A stretch of DNA of 55,206 nucleotides. It comes from an uncultured Dehalococcoidia bacterium. GTDB taxonomy: Bacteria; Chloroflexota; Dehalococcoidia; GIF9; UBA5629. The translations under genes were made by a program, and so were the position numbers. Below the pieces are notes generated by a model. That model did no database searches. It saw only the letters and a list, made by a program, of their open reading frames with translations, and was not told the DNA's origin. Shown in pieces: positions 8,293 to 17,992 of this stretch. Every line of letters starts with the position of its first letter. The first letter of the stretch is position 1. Location of the stretch: contig CAIMUM010000139.1 in NCBI GenBank assembly GCA_903844685.1, positions 1-55,206 on the forward strand, read 5' to 3'.

Positions 8293-8856
8293 ATGAAGGT
8301 CATCGGCGTCGTGGGCGAGATAGGCTCGGGCAAGGACGAGGTGCTCAAGTACCTGCGCGACCGGTACGATATGCCCTACCTCTCCACCGGCGATATCGTG
8401 CGCAAAATGGCTGGAGAGCAGGGCGTGGAGGGCACCCGGGAGAACCTGGAGGCCATCTCACGGCGCTGCTTCCAGGATATGGGGAAGGGCTGCTTCGTGC
8501 GGATGGCGGGGGAGGAGATAATCCGCCAGGGCTGGAAGGTGGCAGGCATCAGCGGCGTGAGGACACCGGACGATGTGGAACTGCTGCGTAAAACCTTCGG
8601 CGAGGATTTCATCCTGGTGCGCGTCAATATCGCGGACCCGCTGGTGCGCTACGACCGCGTCCGGAAACGTAATGAAGAACGCGATCCGCTGACCTATGAA
8701 GCATTCCAGGCGCAGGACCGGGAAGAGGAGGAGACCTTCAATATCAGCAAAGCTGTTGCCATGGCGGACTGCACCGTGGATAACAGCGGCCCCCTGGAGG
8801 GCCTGCATGCCGAAATAGATGCGATGGTTGCCTCCGGTTGCCTGCCGGTCAAATAA
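8293..8856 (+). CDS. P-loop nucleotide kinase-like protein (dephospho-CoA kinase-like / archaeal UPF0200-type)
   Basis: VIGVVGEIGSGKD Walker A; STGDIVR; SGVR; VRYDRVRKR; ADCTVDNSG. Confidence 0.8.
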   Translation: MKVIGVVGEIGSGKDEVLKYLRDRYDMPYLSTGDIVRKMAGEQGVEGTRENLEAISRRCFQDMGKGCFVRMAGEEIIRQGWKVAGISGVRTPDDVELLRKTFGEDFILVRVNIADPLVRYDRVRKRNEERDPLTYEAFQAQDREEEETFNISKAVAMADCTVDNSGPLEGLHAEIDAMVASGCLPVK

Positions 8857-8993
8857 CTTCACATCCACTCTTATTTTTCCCCGCAAAAGCAATTTTTGAT
8901 ATGCTATATGGATTGTGCGCCCTCATTTGAAGAGCGTAATATCTCAACGGAAAGCAACATATCAGCGTTAACTAATTAAAAGGTGATATTTTT

Positions 8994-10313
8994 ATGAAAA
9001 AGCTAAGCAGCCTGGTTGCTTTGATTATTTCGGCAACGCTTATATTGACCTCCTGCAGCGACCCCACCACGGAGTATCTCAGGCAGGGCGACACCTACTT
9101 CGACCAGGGCCAGTTCGTGGAGGCCATCGCGGAGTATACCAAGGCTATCGAGCACAATCCCAATATAGTGGCGGCCTACACGCACCGCGGCGCGGTTTAT
9201 AACGCCCAGGCGGAATGGGACCTGGCCATCGCCGACCTCAGCAAAGCCATACAGCTCGACCCCAATCGCGCCGACGACTACCAGAACCGCGCCTTCGCCT
9301 ATTTAGCCAAGGAACAGTACGACCCCGCCATCGCCGACCTGAATAAGACGGTTTCGCTGGACCCGAATTCGACGTTGGCCTTCTCCAATCTGAGCTGGCT
9401 CTATGTGCACAAGGGTGAATGGGACAAGGCCATCGAGGCAGGCAGCAAGGCTATCGCGCTGAACCCCAACCTCTACGATGCTTATTACAACCGCGGCACG
9501 GCCTATTACGCTAAAGGCGACATGAAGAACGCGCTGGCCGATATGGACGCCGCGCTCGCCATCAACACTAACCTTGCCCCGGCCTATAACTACCGCGGCA
9601 AGATATATATTTATACCGACAATATCACGGGCGCCGTGCAGGACTTTACCAATGCGCTGGCCATCGATCCCGATATGGCGGAGGCTTACAAGCTGCGCGG
9701 CTTCCTCGAGATCGAACTCAAGCGCAGCGCCGAGGCGCTGGCCGATCTTAATAAGGCCATCGAGCTGGACGATGCGGATGCCATGGCCTATTTCTACCGC
9801 GGCCACCTATATAACTCCAACGAGGATTTCGATAAGGCGCTGGACGACCTCAATCGTGCCCTGGCCTTAAACCCGCCGGCAGGTTCGGCCACTACAACGT
9901 TCGACCCCTTCCGCTACGATGCCGGCGGCATAAACCTCGAGCGGGCTGTTGCCCTGCGGGGCAAGCAACAGCTCACCCTGGCCGTGGAAGCGGGCAGGAA
10001 GGCGGTGGAACTCGATCCCAATTACGCCCGCGCTTATGTTACACTGGGCGAGATGCTCATCGTGAACGGCGATCTGGAAGAGGCCCTTACCACCCTTGGC
10101 AAGGCCATCTCGCTGGATCCGAACCTGGCGGAAGCCTACTATAACCGCGCCGTCGCCTACGAGGTAACCGCCATCACGTCCAAGAATTTCAACTACTATG
10201 ACCTGGCGGCTGCCGACCTCAAAATGGTGCTCAAGGTTACGACGGAACCCAACATCATCGCGGCGGCCAATGACGGGCTGCGCGCGATGCAGAGCCACGG
10301 GTATATCCCGTAG
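8994..10313 (+). CDS. TPR-repeat lipoprotein
   Basis: Signal peptide with lipobox LTSC, then about ten 34-aa repeats of the AY.NRG...A..D..KAI.LDP type. Confidence 0.92.
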   Translation: MKKLSSLVALIISATLILTSCSDPTTEYLRQGDTYFDQGQFVEAIAEYTKAIEHNPNIVAAYTHRGAVYNAQAEWDLAIADLSKAIQLDPNRADDYQNRAFAYLAKEQYDPAIADLNKTVSLDPNSTLAFSNLSWLYVHKGEWDKAIEAGSKAIALNPNLYDAYYNRGTAYYAKGDMKNALADMDAALAINTNLAPAYNYRGKIYIYTDNITGAVQDFTNALAIDPDMAEAYKLRGFLEIELKRSAEALADLNKAIELDDADAMAYFYRGHLYNSNEDFDKALDDLNRALALNPPAGSATTTFDPFRYDAGGINLERAVALRGKQQLTLAVEAGRKAVELDPNYARAYVTLGEMLIVNGDLEEALTTLGKAISLDPNLAEAYYNRAVAYEVTAITSKNFNYYDLAAADLKMVLKVTTEPNIIAAANDGLRAMQSHGYIP

Positions 10314-10373
10314 GGGCGTACCTTCAGGTGCGCCCGAATCCACCATCGGGCGGGTTTGAAAACCCGGCCCTAC
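10310..10373. repeat. Inverted REP-like doublet (type A forward at 10310-10336, type B reverse at 10347-10373)
   Basis: 10309-10336 is the exact reverse complement of 261-288. 10347-10373 matches 301-327 in reverse with 2 mismatches. Confidence 0.88.
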
Positions 10374-11005
10374 AAAACATCCCTGAAAAAGCCTGCCACC
10401 CTGTCCGCCATAGGTCCCTCGTAACCTCCCCAGAAGTGGTCGGCGCCTTTAATTATCTGGCACGTTTTAGGCTCCGCTGCATCTCTGCCATATTGCTCTA
10501 CTTCGGAGACAGGCGCCATATCATCATTGCCGCCGCCTATGATCAGCTTGGGTTTGTGGCAGCTCCTCAATAAAGCGGTCGGCGGACTCTCGAAATAGGG
10601 CGAAATAAGCGCCACTCCTTTTACCCTCTCGTCCGAGCAGGCCACCGGCAGGGCCACACCGCCGCCGAACGAATACCCTACCAGTCCCAGCCTGCCTGTA
10701 TCAACATTCTGCTGTCCCTGCAGCCAGTCGAGCGCAGCCGCGATATCCTGCTGCTCGGAGCTCCCGCCGCTGTGCCTGCCCCCGCTTCTGCCCACACCGC
10801 GGAAGTTGAAGAGCAGCGCGGCCATACCCGATTTCACCAGCGCATCGGCGACTGCATAAGTGACGTTGTTGTGCATCGACCCGCCGTAGAGCGGATGGGG
10901 ATGGCAGACGACAACCGCCGGGGCGGGTTCCTTCGCTTCGATGCCATAGTAAAGCCCCTCCAGCGTGATATCGCCGCAGGGGAAGGTGATGTGCCGCGGC
11001 TTCAT
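10370..11005 (-). CDS. Alpha/beta-fold hydrolase
   Basis: CHPHPLYGGSMHNNV, FNFRGVGRS, nucleophile elbow GYSFGG, GGNDD, GADHF. ATGA overlap with the rarA stop. Confidence 0.92.
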   Translation of the reverse strand: MKPRHITFPCGDITLEGLYYGIEAKEPAPAVVVCHPHPLYGGSMHNNVTYAVADALVKSGMAALLFNFRGVGRSGGRHSGGSSEQQDIAAALDWLQGQQNVDTGRLGLVGYSFGGGVALPVACSDERVKGVALISPYFESPPTALLRSCHKPKLIIGGGNDDMAPVSEVEQYGRDAAEPKTCQIIKGADHFWGGYEGPMADRVAGFFRDVL

Positions 11006-12378
11006 TCCTTCTTGTCCATCCGCGCGCCCCACCAGGCCCTTAGACGTGCCAGCACGGTCTTCTCGAAGCCCTGCTCGGTGGGGAAATAGTATCGCCTGCC
11101 TTTCATGGCATCCGGCAGGTTCTGCTGCTCAACGAAATGACCCTCGTATTCATGGGCGTATTTGTAACCTTTCCCGTACCCCAGGTTCTTCATCAGACCG
11201 GTCGGGGCGTTGCGCAGGTGCAGGGGCACGGGGTCGTTGCGTGTTGTTTCCACGTCCTTCTGCACGCGCCCGTAGGCGGTGTACAGGGAATTGCTCTTGG
11301 GCGCGGTGGCCAGGTAAACCACGGCCTGCGCCAGCGCCAGGTTGCCCTCCGGCATGCCCACGAAATGTACGGCCTGCTGTGCCGCCACGCAGACCACCAG
11401 CGCCTGGGGATCGGCCATGCCCACATCTTCGGAGGCGAAGCGTATCAGCCGGCGCACGATGTAGAGCGGGTCCTCGCCGGCCTCCAGCATACGCCCCAGC
11501 CAGTAGAGGGCGGCGTCGGGGTCGGAGCCGCGCAATGTCTTGTGCAGGGCGGAGATGAGATCGTAATGCTGCTCGCCGGCCTTGTCGTAGAGCAGCGCCC
11601 GCTTCTGCATCGACTCCTCGATATCGTTCAAAGCGACTTGCCTGCCGCCGTCGGCGCCAGGCCTGACGGCACGGGCCGCCATCTCAAGCGCATTAAGCGC
11701 CACCCGCGCGTCGCCGTTGGCCATGCTGACCAGCGTCTGCAGGGCATCCGGCGCCAGGTCAACTTTTAAATCCGCCAGCCCGTTTTCAGCGTCCGCCAGG
11801 GCACGCTCGACGATGGTCCGGACGTCGTCATCCGGCAGCGCATTGAGTGTATAGACGCGGCAACGTGAGAGCAAGGCCGAGATGACCTCGAAGGAAGGGT
11901 TCTCGGTAGTAGCGCCGATGAAGGTTACCTCACCGTTCTCGACATAAGGTAGTATGGCGTCCTGCTGCCCCTTGTTGAAACGGTGTATCTCGTCGATGAA
12001 GAGGATGGTGCGCTGTGCGGTCAGCTTCCTGCGTTTGCGGGCCTCGTCGACAACGCGGCGCAGGTCGGCCACGCCGGCGGTGACCGCGCTCATCGGTACG
12101 AAATAGGAGCTCGAAACGTTGGCAATGACCTGCGCCAGGGTGGTCTTGCCGCTGCCGGGTGGCCCCCATAGGATGACGGACGGTAGCTGGTCTGATTCGA
12201 TGGCCTTGCGCAGCACCTTGCCCTCGCCGATGATATGCTGCTGTCCTACGTATTCGCCGAAATTGCGCGGACGCATGCGCGCCGCCAGGGGCATTGTGGA
12301 ATTGTCGGCAGGCTGCTGCCTGTCCCCGGCTTCCTTATTCCCTCTCAGGTCGGGAGAGCCGAGGTCAAACAGGGTCAT
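11002..12378 (-). CDS. rarA: Replication-associated recombination protein A (MgsA/RarA AAA+ ATPase)
   Basis: PLAARMRP, WGPPGSGKTT, FIDEIHRFNKGQQD, GATTENPSF, RGSDPDAA, ASEDVG, VPLHLRNAPT. Confidence 0.97.
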   Translation of the reverse strand: MTLFDLGSPDLRGNKEAGDRQQPADNSTMPLAARMRPRNFGEYVGQQHIIGEGKVLRKAIESDQLPSVILWGPPGSGKTTLAQVIANVSSSYFVPMSAVTAGVADLRRVVDEARKRRKLTAQRTILFIDEIHRFNKGQQDAILPYVENGEVTFIGATTENPSFEVISALLSRCRVYTLNALPDDDVRTIVERALADAENGLADLKVDLAPDALQTLVSMANGDARVALNALEMAARAVRPGADGGRQVALNDIEESMQKRALLYDKAGEQHYDLISALHKTLRGSDPDAALYWLGRMLEAGEDPLYIVRRLIRFASEDVGMADPQALVVCVAAQQAVHFVGMPEGNLALAQAVVYLATAPKSNSLYTAYGRVQKDVETTRNDPVPLHLRNAPTGLMKNLGYGKGYKYAHEYEGHFVEQQNLPDAMKGRRYYFPTEQGFEKTVLARLRAWWGARMDKKE

Positions 12379-13484
12379 GGCTGCGGCGTCTCTTTTTGCC
12401 TGAGTTCTTCCACCGCTTTTGAAGCCCGCTCGTAGTAATCCTTGATCTTGTCCAGGTAGGTGATGCGCGATGCAATGAGTGTCACGGAGGCGTGGTCCTT
12501 GACCCCATAGAAATCGCCGCCCCTCACCTCGCCATTATTGGTCAACTCGCGCATGCGGTTGCCCACCGACCGCGCCATGTTGATATTGGCATTCTTGCCG
12601 GGCACGCAGAGGAGGTAAAGCGCCTTGCGGGCATCCTCCATACGGCATTGAATGGAGAAGTGGGCGAGGGCTGAACTCATGGCCTCCATGGCTTTGACTG
12701 TTTCCTCACCCTTGCTCTCGAAATGGTCACCGCGCTTGAAGAGCGAAAGACCGTATGAGGATATCTGCGCCTTGCCGTACCCGATGGCGGTCCAGCCGTT
12801 GAGCGACTGCACGATGTCGCCGATGCCGATATTGCTGGTGCCCAGGAATTTCGGGTCGACCTTCTCGCTGGCGCGCAGCAGGTCGAAGAATGGCGTCACG
12901 ATCTCGCGGTTGAGAGCGTCATTGGAGGCCGCCGATTTGATGCTGGCTTCCGACATCACCTTCTCGTTGTCAAAGAGGAATATAGCATCGGCGGTTTTAT
13001 CGATGGATTTAAGGCACAGCGCGGTGTTGTAAACATAGGCGGGCACATTGCTCTCAGCGGTCAGCGGCAGGACGATCAGGGCATATACGGGCTTATTCAC
13101 GTACCTTTCCTTGAACTTCCGCGCCAGTATGGATATGCCGCCGGACCCCACGCAGCCTGCGCTGCTGGCCACCAGCATGAAAGCGTCCGTCTCAAAGAAT
13201 TCCCCGGCGCGCATGGTGGCCAGGCACCGGTCACCGTTGGCGCGCATCACCTCCGCCCCCGCCTCGGACTCCCTGCCAGACCCGATGGGCGCCGGCAACT
13301 GTATGGTGATCAGCTTATCTCCGACCTTGCGTAGGGCGTTCAATTGCGCCGGGTCGTCATTAATAGCATAGGAGCGCACCAACACGTCCACGCCGGTCTC
13401 AGCCCTGGCGCGGTTCGCCAGCCGCACGAACTCCGCCGCGATATTGCTGCCACAATCGCCTATCCCGATGACCACCAGCTTCAT
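12375..13484 (-). CDS. Tubulin/FtsZ-superfamily protein, CetZ-like, with degenerate GTP motifs
   Basis: MKLVVIGIGDCGSNIA, ETDAFMLVASSAGCVGSGG, KERY..KPVYALIVLP, YNTALCLKS, ADAIFLFDN, LNREIV. Confidence 0.85.
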   Translation of the reverse strand: MKLVVIGIGDCGSNIAAEFVRLANRARAETGVDVLVRSYAINDDPAQLNALRKVGDKLITIQLPAPIGSGRESEAGAEVMRANGDRCLATMRAGEFFETDAFMLVASSAGCVGSGGISILARKFKERYVNKPVYALIVLPLTAESNVPAYVYNTALCLKSIDKTADAIFLFDNEKVMSEASIKSAASNDALNREIVTPFFDLLRASEKVDPKFLGTSNIGIGDIVQSLNGWTAIGYGKAQISSYGLSLFKRGDHFESKGEETVKAMEAMSSALAHFSIQCRMEDARKALYLLCVPGKNANINMARSVGNRMRELTNNGEVRGGDFYGVKDHASVTLIASRITYLDKIKDYYERASKAVEELRQKETPQP

Positions 13485-13610
13485 ATCTTTTGCCTCCGGT
13501 CGGTCCCGCGCACGGGCAAGATTGCCGGCTGGCGAATTTCAGACAGAAAAGTCCAACGCATACCCTTGTTATATACCATAACAGATAGAGGATGTCATGG
13601 CAACCGTCTT

Positions 13611-14126
13611 TTACCTGTAGCGCCTGACTTCGAAGCGATATAGCTTGACAGGTTCCGAAGGCATGATGCCCGCCTTCTGGCGGCAGATGGATATCTGCAT
13701 GTCCACACTGTCGACGCCCTCCAGGTCCGGCAGCAGCAGGCCCCTGCGGCGGCCGGCTGCCACGATAACCCCGTATTTTTTCGCATCAAGCAGCGTCCTG
13801 TCTTCCACCGGCTCGGGATGTGTCAGGATATCAACGCTGTAATCGAGGATATCGAGCTCACCAGTACCGACCGGGCTGAACCGCGGGTCACCGGTAGCCG
13901 ATGATATGGCATTGCGGATTATCTCCTCCGCTACGCTCGGCTGCGTGGGCTCGAAGGTGCCGATGCAGCCGCGCAATTGCCCGTGCTTCTTGAGTGAAAC
14001 GAACACGCCGGCCCGCTCCTTCATCTCCGGCGATAGCTCACCCGGGCTGATCACTTCGTGCTTTTGCACATAGCTTTCCACTGCCCTTCTGGCTAACTGC
14101 ACCAGGGGATGCGCTTTCTTTTCCAT
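13611..14126 (-). CDS. amrA: AmmeMemoRadiSam system protein A (AMMECR1 domain)
   Basis: [32 protein letters not shown]. Confidence 0.93.
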   Translation of the reverse strand: MEKKAHPLVQLARRAVESYVQKHEVISPGELSPEMKERAGVFVSLKKHGQLRGCIGTFEPTQPSVAEEIIRNAISSATGDPRFSPVGTGELDILDYSVDILTHPEPVEDRTLLDAKKYGVIVAAGRRRGLLLPDLEGVDSVDMQISICRQKAGIMPSEPVKLYRFEVRRYR

Positions 14127-14137
14127 ATTTGCACCTC

Positions 14138-14944
14138 TTACCTGCTGACTATTATGCCGGCGTAGCCCACCACGCTGGAGTAATCCCCCGAGCTGTCGCC
14201 GCTGGTCTGGTATTTGACCAGCTCGGCTTTCTTCGCTCCCAGTTCCTTTGCAGCGGTTATCATGCTGATGACCGGGGCGTAGCCGCACATGCTGATATCG
14301 TGTTTGGCGATGCGCCTGACCAGCTCATCCGAGTCGAGGTTGAGTATGGCCTCAATGGCCAGCTTGTCCTTGGCTTTGGCTTTCTCTTGCGGCTCGTAAT
14401 GGGTCATATCGCTGCTGGCCACGATGATGGCCTCCTCGCCGGCCTCCTTGAACCCCTTGACAACCGCCCGGCCTATCTCCTCATAAACATCGGGGTGCGC
14501 AATTGACAGTACGATGGGGACTATCTTCACGCCAGGTTTGAAATATTGCAGGAAGGGCACCTGCACCTCAAGTGAATGCTCATAGTGGTGCGCCAGCGTA
14601 TCTTCCTCCAGGCGCCCCGATGCCTTGAGTATCGCCCCGGCCAGTTCGGTATTGATCTCCACCTCGCCCAGCGGCGTCCTCCACCTGCCCGACGTGGTGA
14701 TGCTGAAAGGCTTGCCCGCCCCGCGGTGGTTGGGGCCAATCAGGATGAAGGTATCGGTGAACTTTATGCGAGAGAAGACCGCACCGGCCACCGGCCCTGA
14801 GTAGATGTAGCCGGCATGCGGTGATACCACCCCTACTGCATCTATTTTGGCCTTCTCACGCGAGGTCATGTATTCAATGGTCTCCTTCAGCTCCTCCGGC
14901 CAGGCCGGGTAGAATTGTCCCGCAACCGCAGCTTCCCTGATCAT
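14138..14944 (-). CDS. amrB: AmmeMemoRadiSam system protein B (MEMO1 family)
   Basis: [50 protein letters not shown]. Confidence 0.95.
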   Translation of the reverse strand: MIREAAVAGQFYPAWPEELKETIEYMTSREKAKIDAVGVVSPHAGYIYSGPVAGAVFSRIKFTDTFILIGPNHRGAGKPFSITTSGRWRTPLGEVEINTELAGAILKASGRLEEDTLAHHYEHSLEVQVPFLQYFKPGVKIVPIVLSIAHPDVYEEIGRAVVKGFKEAGEEAIIVASSDMTHYEPQEKAKAKDKLAIEAILNLDSDELVRRIAKHDISMCGYAPVISMITAAKELGAKKAELVKYQTSGDSSGDYSSVVGYAGIIVSR

Positions 14945-15984
14945 GGTTTCACCCCTGTTTTTATGGTATTCCTGATATTCAGGTCGGCGCCGCACCGGGC
15001 GCAGCTTGAACCCCTGACGCCGGTCACTTTTATATCATAACCCACCCGCTCGATAGCCATATTGCCGCATTTATAGCAGACGGTGTTCTCATATTTGTGC
15101 CCCGGTACGTTGCCTGTGTAAACGAAGCGCAACCCGGCTTCCCTGCCGATTTTATAGGCCCTCTCCAACGTGGCCACCGGTGTAGGCGGGATATGCAGCA
15201 GCCCGCGGTGCGGATGAAAGCGTGTTACATGCCAGGGCGTAAGTTCGCCCAGCTTCTCCTTTATCCATCCGGCGATGCCGGTTAATTGCTCATCGTCGTC
15301 ATTCAGCGAGGGGATGATATTGGTCACTACCTCGATGTGCATATCCCACCTGTCTTTGGCCCGCTCGGCCGTTTCTAATATACCGCGCCAGTGCTTCACC
15401 TTCGCCAGTCCCTGGTACAATTTATCGGAGTAACCCTTGACGTCCACCCGCCAGGCATCAAGGTAAGGCCCGATGACGTCCAGCGCCTCGGGTGTCATGT
15501 AGCCGTTGGTGACATATACCGTGTAAAGACCGCTTTGGTGCGCCTGCCTGGCTGAATCGAGCGTGTATTCGAACCAGATGGCCGGCTCGTTGTAGGTCCA
15601 GGCCAGCCCGGCGCAGCCGTTCTCTTCGGCCATCTTGACAGCCTCGCGCGGCGTTACCTCGCGCAGGGCATGCCGTGCAGAGGCAGGATCGTCGACGCAG
15701 GCTATCTCCCAGTTCTGGCAATGAATGCAGTGGAAATTGCAGCCGACCGTGCCGAAGGAGAGCACGGAGCTGCCGGGGAAGAAATGGAAGAGCGGCTTTT
15801 TCTCGATGGGGTCGGCGGCTAACGAGGAGACTTTGGCATAATTGAGCAACTGCAGGGACCCTTTTTCGTTACGCCTCACGCCGCATACACCGGCCTTACC
15901 CGGATTAATCCGGCAGCGCCACAGGCAAACGTTGCAGCACACCCGCCTGTTATCCAGCCTGTCGTAAAGCAGAGCCTCCGCCAT
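14941..15984 (-). CDS. amrS: AmmeMemoRadiSam system radical SAM enzyme
   Basis: N-terminal CNVC..RC...GVCGVR, DPIEKKPLFHF, CNFHCIHCQNW (CxxxCxxC), TYNEP, VYTGNV, C-terminal CxxC pairs. Confidence 0.95.
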   Translation of the reverse strand: MAEALLYDRLDNRRVCCNVCLWRCRINPGKAGVCGVRRNEKGSLQLLNYAKVSSLAADPIEKKPLFHFFPGSSVLSFGTVGCNFHCIHCQNWEIACVDDPASARHALREVTPREAVKMAEENGCAGLAWTYNEPAIWFEYTLDSARQAHQSGLYTVYVTNGYMTPEALDVIGPYLDAWRVDVKGYSDKLYQGLAKVKHWRGILETAERAKDRWDMHIEVVTNIIPSLNDDDEQLTGIAGWIKEKLGELTPWHVTRFHPHRGLLHIPPTPVATLERAYKIGREAGLRFVYTGNVPGHKYENTVCYKCGNMAIERVGYDIKVTGVRGSSCARCGADLNIRNTIKTGVKP

Positions 15985-16008
15985 CGCCTTAGTATCTCCT
16001 CACGTAGA

Positions 16009-16058
16009 TTATAGCACGCTGATTTGCATTGACATCAAATTCATCCATCTGATACAAT
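16009..16058. promoter_or_regulatory. Overlapping divergent sigma70-type promoters for amrS and fbp
   Basis: Plus strand: TTGACA (16029-34), 18 bp, TACAAT (16053-58). Minus strand: extended -10 TGCTATAAT near 16008-16016. Confidence 0.55.
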
Positions 16059-16195
16059 CTGACTCCGGGCCGGCATCTCTCCCTTCACCTGATGATTTGC
16101 GATACACCCGGGCATACTTATCATATACGTAATTCCGTTTAGCATGCCTGGCTTCACGGTTTGGCCGAAAATAAATATCATGCAAAGGAGGCTTA

Positions 16196-17290
16196 ATGAA
16201 ACTCACTATTAGTGTAATCAAGGCTGATATAGGTGGATGGGTGGGACATTGCAGCATGCACCCGGACCTGATGGCAGAAGGCGAGACCTGCATGGCTAAG
16301 GCTAAGAAGTCCGGGCTGCTCATCGATTACCATGTCACCCGCTGCGGCGACGACCTGCAGTTCATCATGACTCACAAGCACGGCATCGACAATAGCAAGG
16401 TCCACGAGATGGCCTGGAATGCTTTCAAGAGCTGCACCGCCATCGCCAAGAAATTAAAACTGCATGGCGCGGGACAGGACCTGCTCTCGGACGCCTTCTC
16501 CGGCAACGTCAAGGGCCAGGGGCCGGGCGTGGCCGAGATGGAAATCGACGAGCGCGAGGCAGAGCCGGTCATCGTCTTCATGGCCGATAAGACGGCCTCC
16601 GGCGCATGGAATCTGCCGCTTTACTCGATATTCTGCGACCCCTTCAACACCATCGGCCTGGTTATCTCCTCCAATATGCACGCGGGCTTCAAGTTCGAAG
16701 TGCATGACGTCAAAGAGAGCAAACGCATCATCTTTGACTGCCCCGACGAGATCTACGACATGCTCGTCTTCATAGGGGCGCCGTCACGCTATACGGTTAA
16801 GTCGGTTTATTCCCGCGAAACGGGTGAGATAGCTGCTACCTCATCCACGCAAAAGCTGTCCCTGCTTGCCGGGCGCTACGTGGGCAAGGATGACCCCGTC
16901 TGCATCGTGCGGGCGCAGGGCATCTTCCCGGCGGTCGGCGAAGTATTGGAGCCTTTCGCCCGGCCGCACATCGTGGAAGGCTGGATGCGCGGCTCGCATA
17001 ACGGCCCGCTCACACCCGTGTCGGTGAAAGGATGCAACCCCACGCGTTTCGACGGCCCGCCGCGCGTTATCGCCGCAGGCTTCCAACTCGCTGAAGGCAA
17101 GCTGGTGGGACCGGTCGACATGTTCGACGACGTGGCCTTCGACAATGCCCGGCAGCAGGCCATGGACATGGCCGATATGCTCAGGCGGCACGGCCCCTTC
17201 GAACCCCACCGGCTGCCTCTGGACGAGATGGAATATACCACCATGCCGCAGGTTATGAAAAAGCTGGCCAAACGCTTCGAGAAGCTTTAA
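16196..17290 (+). CDS. fbp: Bifunctional fructose-1,6-bisphosphate aldolase/phosphatase (class V)
   Basis: SVIKADIGG..GH, CGDD, GAGQDLLSDAFSGNVKGQGP, DPFNT, YVGKDDP, GWMRGSH, RFDGPP, GPFEPHRL. Confidence 0.97.
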   Translation: MKLTISVIKADIGGWVGHCSMHPDLMAEGETCMAKAKKSGLLIDYHVTRCGDDLQFIMTHKHGIDNSKVHEMAWNAFKSCTAIAKKLKLHGAGQDLLSDAFSGNVKGQGPGVAEMEIDEREAEPVIVFMADKTASGAWNLPLYSIFCDPFNTIGLVISSNMHAGFKFEVHDVKESKRIIFDCPDEIYDMLVFIGAPSRYTVKSVYSRETGEIAATSSTQKLSLLAGRYVGKDDPVCIVRAQGIFPAVGEVLEPFARPHIVEGWMRGSHNGPLTPVSVKGCNPTRFDGPPRVIAAGFQLAEGKLVGPVDMFDDVAFDNARQQAMDMADMLRRHGPFEPHRLPLDEMEYTTMPQVMKKLAKRFEKL

Positions 17291-17298
17291 CCAACCCC

Positions 17299-17898
17299 AT
17301 GCTTAGGGTATTGCTGGCCACCACCAATAAGGGCAAGGCCGCCGAATACAGGGACCTGCTCAAAGGGCTGGATATCGAGACGGTAACGCTCGACCAGGCC
17401 GGCATCAGCCGGGAAGCTGAAGAGAACTATACTACATTTGAAGAGAACGCCCGCGCCAAGGCCGAGTTTTACGCGGCCCTGAGCGGGCTTCTTACATTAG
17501 CGGACGATTCCGGGCTGGAGGTGGATGCACTGGGAGGGGAACCCGGCGTACGCTCCTCGCGCTACGCCGGGGATAACGCCGCAGACGCCGAGCGCGTCAG
17601 CTTCCTGTTAAACAAGCTCAGGGATATCCCGCAGGACATGCGGCAGGCCAGGTTCAAATGCGTCATAGCTATCGCTCAACCGGGCAAGCTGACGCAGACC
17701 ACGGAGGGCATCTGTGTGGGCCGCATCGCTCTCGAGCCGAAAGGGGACAACGGTTTCGGCTATGATCCCATCTTCTTCCTGCCGGAATATAATAAGACCG
17801 TAGCCGAGTTGCCGCCCGACGTTAAGAACCTCATCAGCCACAGGGGACGGGCGGCCGAAAAAGCGCGCCGCCTGCTGGCCGGCCGGACCGGGGCGTAA
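17299..17898 (+). CDS. rdgB: Non-canonical purine NTP pyrophosphatase (RdgB/HAM1)
   Basis: ATTNKGK, TFEENARAKA, ADDSGLEVDAL, GFGYDPIF, KNLISHRG. Confidence 0.96.
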   Translation: MLRVLLATTNKGKAAEYRDLLKGLDIETVTLDQAGISREAEENYTTFEENARAKAEFYAALSGLLTLADDSGLEVDALGGEPGVRSSRYAGDNAADAERVSFLLNKLRDIPQDMRQARFKCVIAIAQPGKLTQTTEGICVGRIALEPKGDNGFGYDPIFFLPEYNKTVAELPPDVKNLISHRGRAAEKARRLLAGRTGA

Positions 17899-17954
17899 CT
17901 ACTCCCCGTGACTTCAACTTCTTTAAGCCCCCTGCACACTCGTTTCCGTATCTT

Positions 17955-17985
17955 TATTGCAAATAATTTGCAGTAGCATTAATAT
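17955..17985 (+). promoter_or_regulatory. Fur-family operator (7-1-7 TGCAAAT-A-ATTTGCA) overlapping a putative promoter of fur-feoAB
   Basis: Perfect inverted repeat at 17958-17972. TTGCAA (17957-62), 17 bp, TAATAT (17980-85). Confidence 0.7.
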
Positions 17986-17992
17986 TAATGGC

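Noticed and set aside
8994-10313. ~102-bp periodicity as a DNA repeat array
   Set aside because: Explained by degenerate 34-aa TPR protein repeats.
12375-13484. Canonical ftsZ or pseudogene call
   Set aside because: It lacks the FtsZ signature, T7 motif and C-terminal peptide, yet the frame is intact and translationally coupled.
16060-16195. Riboswitch in the long fbp leader
   Set aside because: Only weak pairing (CCGGGCAT/ATGCCTGG); no aptamer consensus or terminator that I recognise. An Rfam scan would settle it.
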